Both the position numbers and the translations under genes were made by a program. Source: Candidatus Latescibacterota bacterium (GTDB lineage Bacteria > Latescibacterota > UBA2968 > UBA8231). Taken from it: DNA of 64,000 nucleotides. Every line of letters starts with the position of its first letter. Within the stretch, counting starts at the first letter, position 1. Below are positions 1 through 9,680 of this stretch, piece by piece. The DNA is taken from assembly GCA_965217585.1 (NCBI GenBank), contig OZ244561.1:6464001-6528000 (forward strand), read 5' to 3'. The notes beneath the pieces were generated by a model that did not search any database, was not told where the DNA came from, and saw nothing but the letters and a program-made list of their open reading frames with translations.

Positions 1-1911
1 AAAGACCACGCCAACGGCCTCGCCCTCGTCAAACCCCCGCGCCAACCCGAACTGCCGCGGCTGCACCCCGTTCTGATCGACGATCTTGATCCCCTTGAAT
101 GACCGGAGATAGCGCGGGTCGATCATGCTGTAAAAGGGCCGCGAGATACTGGGAAAGACGACGATGATCTTTTCGTTGGTATTCCAGCGAATTTGGCTGT
201 CGATCATCCACCCATTCACGATCCCGCCGCTGAACTTTGTCGCCCTTTCCGAAAGATCGGGCGCAAATGCAATCCCTCCGGTGCTCGGATCGACTTGGTA
301 GGCCGCCACCGGATAGGCTCCAGTCCGCAAGCCGTCGATATCGGCGACGCCTTGGTCATCCGTGAGGTGGTACTGCGCCCCGCGCACCCCCTTGTGGGAT
401 TTGTACCAGGGATCGATTACGACAACCGCGTCGGCGATCGGACGGTCCGGCACTTGGCTGCGGCGCGGGAACGTGCGCACCTTGACCCGCAGGGAGCGCA
501 ATTTGTCCTTGAGTACGGGATCAAAGTCTTCGAGATCGGCAAACAGGGCCTCGTCGTTTACTGCCCGCGCCAGCATGGCGTTGAGCAGGCGGCTTTGGCG
601 GGACAAATTTTCGATATTCATCCGCTCAGGCGTATCGAGCGGGGTATCGACGATATAGCGAGCATCGTTGACAGTAACAAACGACAGCGAGACGATCCCA
701 GCGGTCAGCGCATGCTCCCCACTGACCGAGACCCCGCCCGGCACGAAGGTCGACCAGTCCATGCCGCGAATCGGGCTGATCCCATTGGCCAGCGGCCGCT
801 CCTGCTCCAGGCCCAACCGAGCGGCTTCCTCCTCGGCATAGGCCGTAAAACGCCGCCCAAAGGGCACGAAAAATCGCTTGAGATCATAGCTAAAGGTATT
901 GTTCCAGATTCCCAGCCCAGCGGACTGGCTCGTCAGATCAATGCAGATGAAGAGCTTGGGCTTGAGTGGTTCTTCCATCCGCTCGGCGTAGTGGGGATGG
1001 CGGCGGGCGTGGCGCTCGAGGAAGTGGACAATCCCCTGCTGAGCTTGGAAATGCGCGCCTGTGGCCACCAGCACGACCGGCCGGCGCGGGGGATGGCGCA
1101 CTAGATGCTCGGCCAGCGCCAGCAACGCGGCGATACCGCTGGTCGTTTCGGCCGCCGGGGCCAAGGCTGGCACCACCGACATGCCGTCGTAGTAGCTTTC
1201 GATGATAATGGTCTCGTCGGCCAGGTCTGGATCGGTGCCGGGGAGCCGGCCCCAGATATTCCAAGCCGTCTCGCGCTGCCAGTCCATCCGCCCCTTGAGC
1301 ACTACGGAAGTCGGTTGCTGGAGCAGCCGCTCTTTTAGCCGCAGCCCGGCCGCTCTTGCGATCCAGAAGCGCGGGATGTCCAGCGGCGCGGTGGAGTACT
1401 TGGCCGTGGCTTGATTGCGCGTAGTCTCCTCTGGGGCGATAAAGACGATGGCGCGCGCGCCCAGCGAAGCGGCCTGCAACCAGCGGCTCCAGCTATTGAA
1501 CTCCATCAGCACCACCCGGCCGTCGAGTTCGAGCCCCGCGTACTCCTCCCACTCGCCGTCCCCGCCGTAGATCATCTCGCCCGCGTACTCGGGCAGGGTC
1601 GAGGTGCGGACTAAGTTCGGCCACAGGCTGTAGAGGCCATAGCGCTCCCCACTCTCTGTGAGGAGTAACTCGCCCCCGTGGTCGATAGGCACGGTGACCT
1701 CAAAGGATTCGCGCGCGACCTGTGCAAACCCAATCTCGCGCAGGCGTTGCTCGACGTAATCCGCGGCCGCGGCCGCTCCGGGATAGCCGCTCACCCTAGA
1801 GCCGAGCGAGGACAGGTAAGCGACGGTTGCGCGCACCCCGTCCTCGCGCGCCCAACCGCAGTTTGCGGTCAGCACGAGGGCGCAGACGATGTAGTAAGCC
1901 GAGTGCTTCAT
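1..1911 (-). CDS. Large exported PA/M28-peptidase-like protein (3' end runs off window; probably the M28-like/FtsX-permease fusion type)
   Basis: Not in the ORF track because it has no stop in the window. Manual translation from ATG 1911 (ATGA overlap with upstream stop): MKHSAYYIVCALVLTANCGWARED...SLGSRVSGYPGAAAAADYV...NIWGRLPGTDP...IIESYYDGMSVVPALAPAAE...; signal peptide then M28-like fold; frame open to base 1. Confidence 0.8.
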   Translation of the reverse strand, partial: MKHSAYYIVCALVLTANCGWAREDGVRATVAYLSSLGSRVSGYPGAAAAADYVEQRLREIGFAQVARESFEVTVPIDHGGELLLTESGERYGLYSLWPNLVRTSTLPEYAGEMIYGGDGEWEEYAGLELDGRVVLMEFNSWSRWLQAASLGARAIVFIAPEETTRNQATAKYSTAPLDIPRFWIARAAGLRLKERLLQQPTSVVLKGRMDWQRETAWNIWGRLPGTDPDLADETIIIESYYDGMSVVPALAPAAETTSGIAALLALAEHLVRHPPRRPVVLVATGAHFQAQQGIVHFLERHARRHPHYAERMEEPLKPKLFICIDLTSQSAGLGIWNNTFSYDLKRFFVPFGRRFTAYAEEEAARLGLEQERPLANGISPIRGMDWSTFVPGGVSVSGEHALTAGIVSLSFVTVNDARYIVDTPLDTPERMNIENLSRQSRLLNAMLARAVNDEALFADLEDFDPVLKDKLRSLRVKVRTFPRRSQVPDRPIADAVVVIDPWYKSHKGVRGAQYHLTDDQGVADIDGLRTGAYPVAAYQVDPSTGGIAFAPDLSERATKFSGGIVNGWMIDSQIRWNTNEKIIVVFPSISRPFYSMIDPRYLRSFKGIKIVDQNGVQPRQFGLARGFDEGEAVGVVF

Positions 1912-4064
1912 GCCCAAAAAATAGAGTTCCCCACTTTTCCCGTGAAGTAATCTATGACCAACCAAAGTCCATTACACGAAACCTGCCCGCAGATCAGCCC
2001 TAGAAAAAACATCTGACTGCGGCGGTACAAGGCCACCCCGCCGAAGCGCATGATCATCTTCTTGATAAACCAAGCCAAGAACACGCTAAACCACACGTGG
2101 TTGAGCATGCCGTTGGCCCCAATGGGAAAGCCGATGGGATGCACGGGCCACCAAGGCAGGCGCTGCCGCGCCCACATCATCGCCACCATCACCAGCCCGC
2201 CACCGGACAAAAACCCCAGCCCCGGCCAGTACGCGCCCGCCGGCTCCATGTTGCGGAGCGCGTTGTTGTAGGCGGTTTCAGGTGCGCCTTTGAAAAACCA
2301 ACCGTTGAGGTTTACCCCGCCGTGCTGATAGGCCATGTGGAAAATCATCCAAAACGAACCGAGGGCCCCGATGAACAGCGAGAGAATAATAGCCCAAAAC
2401 ACCAGCCGCCGCAGCCTCGGCTCCATCTCCTCGATCAGCTTGAGGGCGTTGGTGCAGGTTGCCATGACGAACACCCGTATATCCGCGCCCCACATATAGG
2501 CCAACGACAAGTTCCACACCCCAGTCCGGCTCACCAGATCGGTCCCCAACCCTAGGATCACCAAGTCGGGTGCCGTCATCGGGGCGCGCACGGCCGCTAG
2601 GCCGGCTTCGGCGACGATCCGCGTAATCCCCAGAAAGACGAGCAGGGCCAAGACGACAAAAACAAACGCCACCCACAGCGGCGTCCCCATGATCCACAGC
2701 CACCACGACATGACCAAGACCCCGCCCACAGCGCCGAAAAAAGACCAGCGATAGGACATGATCTCATCCCCATCCTCCACCTCTGGTGCCCATCCGAGGG
2801 CCTTTTTACACACATTGCGAAAGTGTTCCCTCCCCACCCACAGGCCAACCCCGACCATGGCCAGCAAGGCACCGACCCCTTGGTAGGCCATCAGAGAAAC
2901 GTCGGCTACACCGAAGACGACCTTCTGCTCGGACGTCACGCCGGCCAGCGCGAAAAGCTCCTTTTCAAACTTGGCCAAGAGGTGAAAGAACCAAATACCA
3001 GCGGCGATATTGGCATTGATGAAGTACGAAAAGCCGACCATGGCAAAGCTGACGGTCAGTTGCAAGGTCTGCTTGCCCACCAAGGAGATCGACGAAGTCA
3101 GGGAGAAGACCGGAAAAGCCGCGTCGTAGCGGTGCAGTGCCTTCAAGCTGCCAAAAAAAATCGGTAAAATAAAACCGGCCCACATCGCCGGCTGGCGAAA
3201 AAAGGTATTGATCTTAAGCCCGCGTTCCTCTCCGCGCACCATCGCCAGCCCTACCTGAGTAATGGGATAGGGCAGCCGCTCGCGTTCCATCCACTGCCGG
3301 CGAACGATAACCGCGACCGACACCATGGTAACGTACAGTGCCAAGAGAAAGATCGCCCACCAGCACAGAGGCTCGACCCACGCCGCGTAGGGAATCGTCT
3401 CCTCAGGTACCAGCCCTTCGTAAAAGGTCTTGCTGTCGTGCCCGTCGTTGACGAGTACCTGACGCGCGGAAAAATGGGGGAAAAGCTCTTCCTGCCACTT
3501 GTTTTCCGGCGAGGCAAAGTAAAACACCGCCGTGATCATCGGCAGAATTTGTTCGCTCAGGCCCATGGTGCAAAGAGCCGAGACGATCAGCAGCATGACG
3601 TACACGAGAATCAGCTCGGCCCGATTGAGTACCAAATTCCGCCCGGAAAAGACCAACCCCATATTGAGCAGGGACGAGGCGAGGATGAAGGTGGCAAAGA
3701 AAAAACCGGGGGCAAAGGGATCGAGGGGAGCCACCCACCCATAGTAGAAGCTGTAAAGCGCACAGGAGATCAAGGCCCAAACCACTGCGCCCGGCGGGCT
3801 AGCGGCGACCTTGAACAGCACATTGAGCAGCCCGATGAGCACTAGAAACAAAAAAATGGCCCCCGGTGTACTGAAGTCCAAGGCCATGTAGGAGCCGCGT
3901 ATGATCATGTTGCCGTACGGAGCGCCGACAGCTAGGAAAAAGCTGAGAAATGCCCCCACCCAAAACGCACGCATGGTTAGCTGCTGGGTACCGGGCGGCG
4001 CAAGAAGGGCTTGGTCGCGCCCGGCGAGGTGGTTCAGGTAGTGAATCGGCAAGTGTCTTAGCAA
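1908..4064 (-). CDS. Polytopic membrane protein, DUF6785/DUF6784-like
   Basis: 718 aa, many TM helices; motifs RRQWMERERLPYPI, RIVAEAG, WWPVHPIG, FFLGLICG recalled for this uncharacterised family. Confidence 0.75.
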   Translation of the reverse strand: MLRHLPIHYLNHLAGRDQALLAPPGTQQLTMRAFWVGAFLSFFLAVGAPYGNMIIRGSYMALDFSTPGAIFLFLVLIGLLNVLFKVAASPPGAVVWALISCALYSFYYGWVAPLDPFAPGFFFATFILASSLLNMGLVFSGRNLVLNRAELILVYVMLLIVSALCTMGLSEQILPMITAVFYFASPENKWQEELFPHFSARQVLVNDGHDSKTFYEGLVPEETIPYAAWVEPLCWWAIFLLALYVTMVSVAVIVRRQWMERERLPYPITQVGLAMVRGEERGLKINTFFRQPAMWAGFILPIFFGSLKALHRYDAAFPVFSLTSSISLVGKQTLQLTVSFAMVGFSYFINANIAAGIWFFHLLAKFEKELFALAGVTSEQKVVFGVADVSLMAYQGVGALLAMVGVGLWVGREHFRNVCKKALGWAPEVEDGDEIMSYRWSFFGAVGGVLVMSWWLWIMGTPLWVAFVFVVLALLVFLGITRIVAEAGLAAVRAPMTAPDLVILGLGTDLVSRTGVWNLSLAYMWGADIRVFVMATCTNALKLIEEMEPRLRRLVFWAIILSLFIGALGSFWMIFHMAYQHGGVNLNGWFFKGAPETAYNNALRNMEPAGAYWPGLGFLSGGGLVMVAMMWARQRLPWWPVHPIGFPIGANGMLNHVWFSVFLAWFIKKMIMRFGGVALYRRSQMFFLGLICGQVSCNGLWLVIDYFTGKVGNSIFWA

Positions 4065-4167
4065 GTGGAGCCCCCGCTGTATCGTGCTAGCTTGTTATAA
4101 TAAGCTGCTTAACCGATTGGGACAACGCGAGTTGACGGCATTGGTATTGGGGGGTTTTTTCCTAGGT

Positions 4168-5295
4168 ATGGAATTCGACTTCCTCCAGCTCGCCCGTCCG
4201 CTCATCCGCGCCCCCACAGCCCCTTTCCACGAGCATTTTGCCTTCGGCATCGCGCGCTCATTCGCAGCCGCGCGGCCTCTAATCCAAATGCTCCACGACC
4301 GCTGTGGTAACAGCTTGCTGCTCTACGACGGCGGAGGCCAACAGGAGGAAGACGAATTTATCGTCTTGACCGCTCATCTCGACCACCCCGGCTTAGTGTG
4401 GAGAACCTCACAGAGGCCAGGCCGAGCGCTGTTCGAAATCCTCGGCGGCGTTGAGCTAGAGCAGGCTCTAGCGACGGGCGTGCGCATATTCAACCTGAAT
4501 CGCCCGGCTACCCAGCGCGGCACCTCCGGGACCATCGTCCGAACGGTGGAAGACGAAGGAGCGCGCTATCCCCTAGTTGAAGTGGCCGCAGCACGCGATA
4601 GCTTCCAAGGCCCGGGGACCTTTGCGATGTGGGATTTGCCGGCTTTTAGGGTGCGGGGTCGGCGCTTGAGCGGGCGGGCGATCGACGATTTGGCCGGTGC
4701 GGCCGTGGCTTTGTGCGTCTTGGATTCCTTGGTGCGCCAGCAAGCCTCGGCCCGCGTCGGCGTCTTGCTCACGCGTGCTGAAGAGGTAGGTTTCGTCGGC
4801 ATGCTCGCCGCGCTAGAGGCCAAGTTCTTGCCTCGACGCGCACTCTACATCAACATCGAGTGCTCTAGCGTGGCGGCTGGAGCGGTGCTGGGCGCGGGGC
4901 CGATCTTGCGAGTCGGCGATCGGCTCTGGGTGTTCGACCCGGACATCAGCAGCGGGATGGCTGCACTGGCTGACGAATTGGCCTCCCAACAGCCCTCTTT
5001 CCACTACCAACGCAAGCTGATGGATAGCGGTGCTTGCGAAGCCACCCCGCTGATGCAGGCCGATTATCGCACGGGCGCGGTTGCGCTGCCCCTCGGCAAC
5101 TATCACAACTCGGGCCCGGGCGCGCAATTGGCCCCCGAGTACATCGACCTCGACGACGCCAACAGCCTGGTGCGCCTCCTCGTCCACGTGGCCCAACGCG
5201 GCATTGGCACAGGGCTGGCGCATTCGGCCGCTGCGCTCGACTCGATGCTCGCCGGCCGCCTAGCGCAATACCGCGACCGCCTACTCCCCCTGTAG
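4168..5295 (+). CDS. M20/M42-family metallo-peptidase/hydrolase
   Basis: AHLDHP, RAIDDLAG, RAEEVG, IEC and NYHN metal-ligand motifs; likely start ATG 4168 (MEFDFL). Confidence 0.8.
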   Translation: MEFDFLQLARPLIRAPTAPFHEHFAFGIARSFAAARPLIQMLHDRCGNSLLLYDGGGQQEEDEFIVLTAHLDHPGLVWRTSQRPGRALFEILGGVELEQALATGVRIFNLNRPATQRGTSGTIVRTVEDEGARYPLVEVAAARDSFQGPGTFAMWDLPAFRVRGRRLSGRAIDDLAGAAVALCVLDSLVRQQASARVGVLLTRAEEVGFVGMLAALEAKFLPRRALYINIECSSVAAGAVLGAGPILRVGDRLWVFDPDISSGMAALADELASQQPSFHYQRKLMDSGACEATPLMQADYRTGAVALPLGNYHNSGPGAQLAPEYIDLDDANSLVRLLVHVAQRGIGTGLAHSAAALDSMLAGRLAQYRDRLLPL

Positions 5296-5317
5296 CAGCA
5301 GACACTCCGCCGCCTTC

Positions 5318-8300
5318 CTACTGACGTGAAGCGATAGAAGCAAGTCGCCAGAGCAGGACCGTGCCATCCCATGACCCGGATGCCAGCGTGGAGCCGTCCG
5401 GAGAAAATGACACGGAAGATATCCAAGCCGCATGTCCTTGCAGAGTGGCTAGTTGACTTTCACTCCATACATCCCAAAGGATCACATCGTTGACCCAGCC
5501 CCCTGACGCCAGCATGGAGCCGTCCGGAGAAAATGACATGAATTCAACCCTCTCCGTATGCCCTTGCAAGGTGGCCAACTGACTGCGACTCGACACATCC
5601 CAAAGGATCACGTTGCCGTCCCGTCCCCCGGATGCCAGCATGGAGCCGTCCGGAGAAAATGACACGGATTCGACCACAGACCTATGTCCTTGTAGGATGG
5701 CCAACTGACTACGACTCGATACGTCCCAAAGGACCACGTTGCCGTCCACTTTCCCCAACGCCAGTATAGAGTCGTCCGGAGAAAATGACACGGACCAGAC
5801 TCTATCTGTAGACCTTTGCAGGGTGGCTAGTTGACTACCACTCGATACATCCCAAAGGATCACATCGTCGTCCCGTCCCCCGGACACCAGCAGCGAGCCA
5901 TCCGGAGAAAATGACACCGGCCCTCTCCCTTGCAGGATGGCCAGTTGCCTGCGACTCGATACGTCCCGAAGAACTACGCCGCCCCCCCTTCCGGCTAACG
6001 CCAACACAGAGCCATCCGGAGAAAATGACACCAGACTGCCCCCGTTCAGGGTAGCCAGTTGCCTGCGACTCGATACGTCCCAAAGAACTACGTCAACCCC
6101 CCCTCCGGCTGCCAACACAGAGCCATCCGGAGAAAATGATACAGATTCGACCCTCTCCGTATGCCCTTGCAGAGTGGCTAGTTGAATGAGACTCGATACA
6201 TCCCAAAGGATCACATCGTCGTCCCGTCCCCCGGACACCAGCAGCGAGCCATCCGGAGAAAATGACACCGGCCCTCTCCCGTTCAGGGTAGCCAGCTGAC
6301 TGCGACTCGATACGTCCCAAAGAACTACGTCGGATCCCCCTCCGGACACCAGCACGGAGCCGTCCGGAGAAAACGATATGGATTCGATCCGCCATCTATG
6401 CCCTTGCAGAGTGGCTAGCTGACTTTCACTCCATACATCCCAAAGGATCACCGTGCCGTCCTCTGCCCCGGACGCCAGCACGGAGCCGTCCGGAGAAAAT
6501 GATATGGAAGAAACCATCTCTGTATGCCCTTGCAGAGTGGCTAGTTGACTATCGCTCCATACATCCCAAAGGATCACCGTGCCGTCCTCTGCCCCGGACG
6601 CCAGCACGGAGCCGTCCGGAGAAAACGATATGGAAGAAACCCAAACCGCATGTCCTTGCAGGGTGGCTAGTTGACTACCACTCGATACATCCCAAAGGAT
6701 TGCCTTATCCCATGACCCGGACGCCAGCACGGAGCCGTCCGGAGAAAACGATACGGAAGAAACCCCAACCGCATGTCCTTGCAGAGTGGCTAGTTGACTA
6801 CCACTCGATACATCCCAAAGGATTACCGTGCCGTCCTCTGCCCCGGACGCCAACATGGAGCCGTCCGGAGAAAACGATACGGAAGAAACCCCAACCGCAT
6901 GTCCGGAGAGAAGCGCCAGTTCACGGTAGGTCGCCACATCGTACAGCCAGATACCAATGCTGCTAGCCACCGCTAGCACCTGCCCATTGGGCGAGAACGC
7001 CACAGCCTCAACCCTTCCTTTTCCCAAGCGGGCGAGGGCCCCCTCCGGCAAATGCCTCGTTGTATAATCGGCGACATCCAAGCCATCTGTAGAAGAAATC
7101 TCGCCGCCTTCCTCCCGAAGCTCCATCGCGTAAATTTTGCCGTCGCGCCCAGAATCAAAAACGATGTGGCGGCCATCGGGCGACCAAGAGGGAGAAAAGT
7201 CCCATGCCGTGTGGTGGGTCAAGCGGGTCGGGTTGCTGCCATCAGAACCCATCACGTAAATCTCCCCATTGCCGTCGCGCTCGGATACAAAGGCGATGCG
7301 GCGGCCATCGGGCGACCAAGAGGGAGAAAAGTCCCATGCCGAATGGTCGGTCAAGCGGGTCGGATTGCTGCCATCAGAACCCATCACGTAAATATCGAAG
7401 TTATCGTCGCGCTCGGATACAAAGGCGATGCGGCGGCCATCGGGCGACCAAGAGGGAGAAAAGTCACCGGCCGGGTCGTCGGTCAAGCGGGTCGGGTTGC
7501 TACCATCGGAACCCATCACGTAAATCTCCCCATTGCCGTCGCGCTCGGATATGAAGGCGATGTGGCGGCCATCGGGCGACCAAGAGGGAGAAAAGTCGTC
7601 GGCCGGGTCGTCGGTCAAGCGGGTCGGGTTGCTGCCATCGGAACCCATCACGTAAATCTCCCCATTGCCGTCGCGCTCGGAATAAAAAACGATGTAGCGG
7701 CCATCGGGCGACCAAGAGGGAGAAAAGTCGTCGGCCGGGTCGTCGGTCAAGCGGGTCGGGTTGCTGCCATCGGAACCCATCACGTAAATATCGAAGTTAT
7801 CGTCGCGGCGGGACATGAAGGCGATGTGGCGACCATCGGGCGACCAAGAGGGAGAAAAGTCCCATGCCGAATGGTCGGTCAATCGGCGTAGGGCCCCGGC
7901 TACCAAGTTTCCGCCACCAACCGCCTGCCCAATCCCCATCGGCAGCGACGGATCGGACGGATTGGCACTATAGGCCGCAATCAGCAGCACGTCGGCGGTC
8001 GTAAGCTGGCCGTCGGCATTGACATCGCCGAGACTGATATCGCCGTTATTCGGCGGCGTTATAGACGGATCAATAATGTACAATGCCACCGCCAGCGCGT
8101 CGGCCAGATCAACTTGGCCGTCGGCATTGACATCGCCCAAAATGCCGCCGGTCAGCACCTTCGCCCGCAGCGCACTAGCCAGCGTTTCCACCACAATGTC
8201 TACCGGTGCCATCCCTACGCGAAAATCCGCATCCACGTAGGTCGCCAGTCCCGCACCCACAACGGCGAGACCATACTTCCGGTCCGCTGCTTCGGTTGAG

Positions 8301-8848
8301 AACGTCGCCGCTGGAGCCGCGCCGGCCACCACCCCGGCCTGTCCATCAATGAGCACCATCCGCCGCGTATGCCGCTCCCCACCCGCTGTCAGCCGGTACA
8401 TATACACCCCGGCGGCCACCGCCTGCCCGGCCGCATTTGTCGCGTCCCAAACCGCCGCGTGAAAACCCGCCGGCCGCTCCTCATCCACCAGCGTCGCAAC
8501 CCGCTGCCCCAGTACATTGAACACCTCCAGCCGCACCTGCGCGGCAGTCGGCAATTGATACGGAATAATCGTCGAAGGATTGAACGGATTCGGATAATTC
8601 TGCCCCAGCGCAAACCCCTGCGGCCGCGCAGGGCCACCCAACGGCGCCAGCGCGAAATAGCCCGCCGCATCGGTCGTCGCCCGCGCCACCGGCCCGCGCT
8701 GCAAATCCGTCAGATCGAACAACAGCACCTGCGCCGCTGCCGCCGCTTGGCCTGCAGAAAGACGCACCCGTCCCTCCACCAATGGCTCGGCGACAGCAGG
8801 GGCCGACAACGCCAGCCCGACCAAAACGGCGACTGATGTCTGCATCAT
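5318..8848 (-). CDS. Secreted multidomain repeat protein: signal peptide, FlgD/Secretion-tail-like Ig domain, dockerin-like domain, 6 PD40 (TolB-like) repeats, 14 WD40 repeats
   Basis: QNYPNPFNPST..VFNVLGQRV..WDAT..GVYMYRL; duplicated GDVNADGQ; WSPDG-R-IAF repeats; FSPDGS.LASG..D..V.LWD repeats. Confidence 0.9.
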   Translation of the reverse strand: MMQTSVAVLVGLALSAPAVAEPLVEGRVRLSAGQAAAAAQVLLFDLTDLQRGPVARATTDAAGYFALAPLGGPARPQGFALGQNYPNPFNPSTIIPYQLPTAAQVRLEVFNVLGQRVATLVDEERPAGFHAAVWDATNAAGQAVAAGVYMYRLTAGGERHTRRMVLIDGQAGVVAGAAPAATFSTEAADRKYGLAVVGAGLATYVDADFRVGMAPVDIVVETLASALRAKVLTGGILGDVNADGQVDLADALAVALYIIDPSITPPNNGDISLGDVNADGQLTTADVLLIAAYSANPSDPSLPMGIGQAVGGGNLVAGALRRLTDHSAWDFSPSWSPDGRHIAFMSRRDDNFDIYVMGSDGSNPTRLTDDPADDFSPSWSPDGRYIVFYSERDGNGEIYVMGSDGSNPTRLTDDPADDFSPSWSPDGRHIAFISERDGNGEIYVMGSDGSNPTRLTDDPAGDFSPSWSPDGRRIAFVSERDDNFDIYVMGSDGSNPTRLTDHSAWDFSPSWSPDGRRIAFVSERDGNGEIYVMGSDGSNPTRLTHHTAWDFSPSWSPDGRHIVFDSGRDGKIYAMELREEGGEISSTDGLDVADYTTRHLPEGALARLGKGRVEAVAFSPNGQVLAVASSIGIWLYDVATYRELALLSGHAVGVSSVSFSPDGSMLASGAEDGTVILWDVSSGSQLATLQGHAVGVSSVSFSPDGSVLASGSWDKAILWDVSSGSQLATLQGHAVWVSSISFSPDGSVLASGAEDGTVILWDVWSDSQLATLQGHTEMVSSISFSPDGSVLASGAEDGTVILWDVWSESQLATLQGHRWRIESISFSPDGSVLVSGGGSDVVLWDVSSRSQLATLNGRGPVSFSPDGSLLVSGGRDDDVILWDVSSLIQLATLQGHTERVESVSFSPDGSVLAAGGGVDVVLWDVSSRRQLATLNGGSLVSFSPDGSVLALAGRGGGVVLRDVSSRRQLAILQGRGPVSFSPDGSLLVSGGRDDDVILWDVSSGSQLATLQRSTDRVWSVSFSPDDSILALGKVDGNVVLWDVSSRSQLAILQGHRSVVESVSFSPDGSMLASGGRDGNVILWDVSSRSQLATLQGHTERVEFMSFSPDGSMLASGGWVNDVILWDVWSESQLATLQGHAAWISSVSFSPDGSTLASGSWDGTVLLWRLASIASRQ
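5340..7040 (-). repeat. Intragenic tandem WD40 repeats (~114-126 bp units, 14 copies)
   Basis: Recurrent near-identical DNA such as gagccgtccggagaaaa and acatcccaaaggat; boundaries approximate. Confidence 0.9.
7117..7890 (-). repeat. Intragenic tandem PD40 repeats (132 bp units, 6 copies)
   Basis: ccatcgggcgaccaagagggagaaaagtc recurs every 132 bp; boundaries approximate. Confidence 0.9.
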
Positions 8849-8864
8849 CTAAGCAACGCGATCA

Positions 8865-9641
8865 CTAGATGATGGTCCATCCCCCATCTACCACGAGCGT
8901 GTGACCGGTGATCATCGACGCGGCATCCGACGCCAAAAAGATCACCGGTGCCGACATTTCCTCCGGCTCGGCCAAGGCACCACGCAGCAAATTTTTGGTC
9001 TTCACCGCATCGGCGAAGGCCTGGCTTTCCCGCATCGCGGTTTCGGCCAGCGGCGAGCGAGTCACGGTCGGCGCGACTGCGTTGACCCGTATCTGGTACT
9101 CGGCCCATTCCGCGGCCATAGTTCGCGTCAGGTTGTTGACGCCTGCTTTGGCACCCGAGTACGGGCCACGCTCCGGCGCGCCGACCACGCCAGCTTGGGA
9201 CGAGATATTGACGATATTGCCCCCCTTCCCTTGGGCGATCATCTGCCGCGCGGCGACCTGGCTACAGAAAAACACATTCTTCAGATTGGCATCGACGATC
9301 AAATCGTAGAGTTCCTCGTCGTAGTCGAGGATTTTGCCGACCTTGTTGTAGCCGGCATTGTTGACCAGCACGTCAATCCGCCCGAAGTGGGCTACGACCG
9401 CGGCCATAAAATGCTCAATGGAGCTTACGTCCGTCACGTCGAGCCGGTGGTAAAAGCACGTCCCTCCCGCAGCCTCAATCTCTGCGGCCAGCGTTTCCAA
9501 CTCGGCCGTAGTGCGGCTGCCAACGGCAACGCGCGCGCCCGATTGGGCGCATTCTAAAGCAATCGTCCGGCCAATCCCCCGGCCGGCCCCCGTGACAATG
9601 ACGATTTTGCCCTCTAGACCAAAACGCCCTAGCGGTGGCAT
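8865..9641 (-). CDS. Short-chain dehydrogenase/reductase (SDR)
   Basis: TGAGRGIG, NNAG, NISS, YSGAK, VDGG. Confidence 0.95.
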   Translation of the reverse strand: MPPLGRFGLEGKIVIVTGAGRGIGRTIALECAQSGARVAVGSRTTAELETLAAEIEAAGGTCFYHRLDVTDVSSIEHFMAAVVAHFGRIDVLVNNAGYNKVGKILDYDEELYDLIVDANLKNVFFCSQVAARQMIAQGKGGNIVNISSQAGVVGAPERGPYSGAKAGVNNLTRTMAAEWAEYQIRVNAVAPTVTRSPLAETAMRESQAFADAVKTKNLLRGALAEPEEMSAPVIFLASDAASMITGHTLVVDGGWTII

Positions 9642-9680
9642 TCTTTCTCCTTTAGAATTTGGGATTCCTCGTATAAACCG

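Noticed and set aside
193-1950. Plus-strand ORFs such as 193..1104
   Set aside because: Antisense shadows of the real minus-strand gene starting at 1911
5340-7890. Regularly spaced repeats resembling a CRISPR array or DGR template
   Set aside because: Units are in-frame coding repeats with similar 'spacers'; no cas or reverse transcriptase gene, and variation is not adenine-specific
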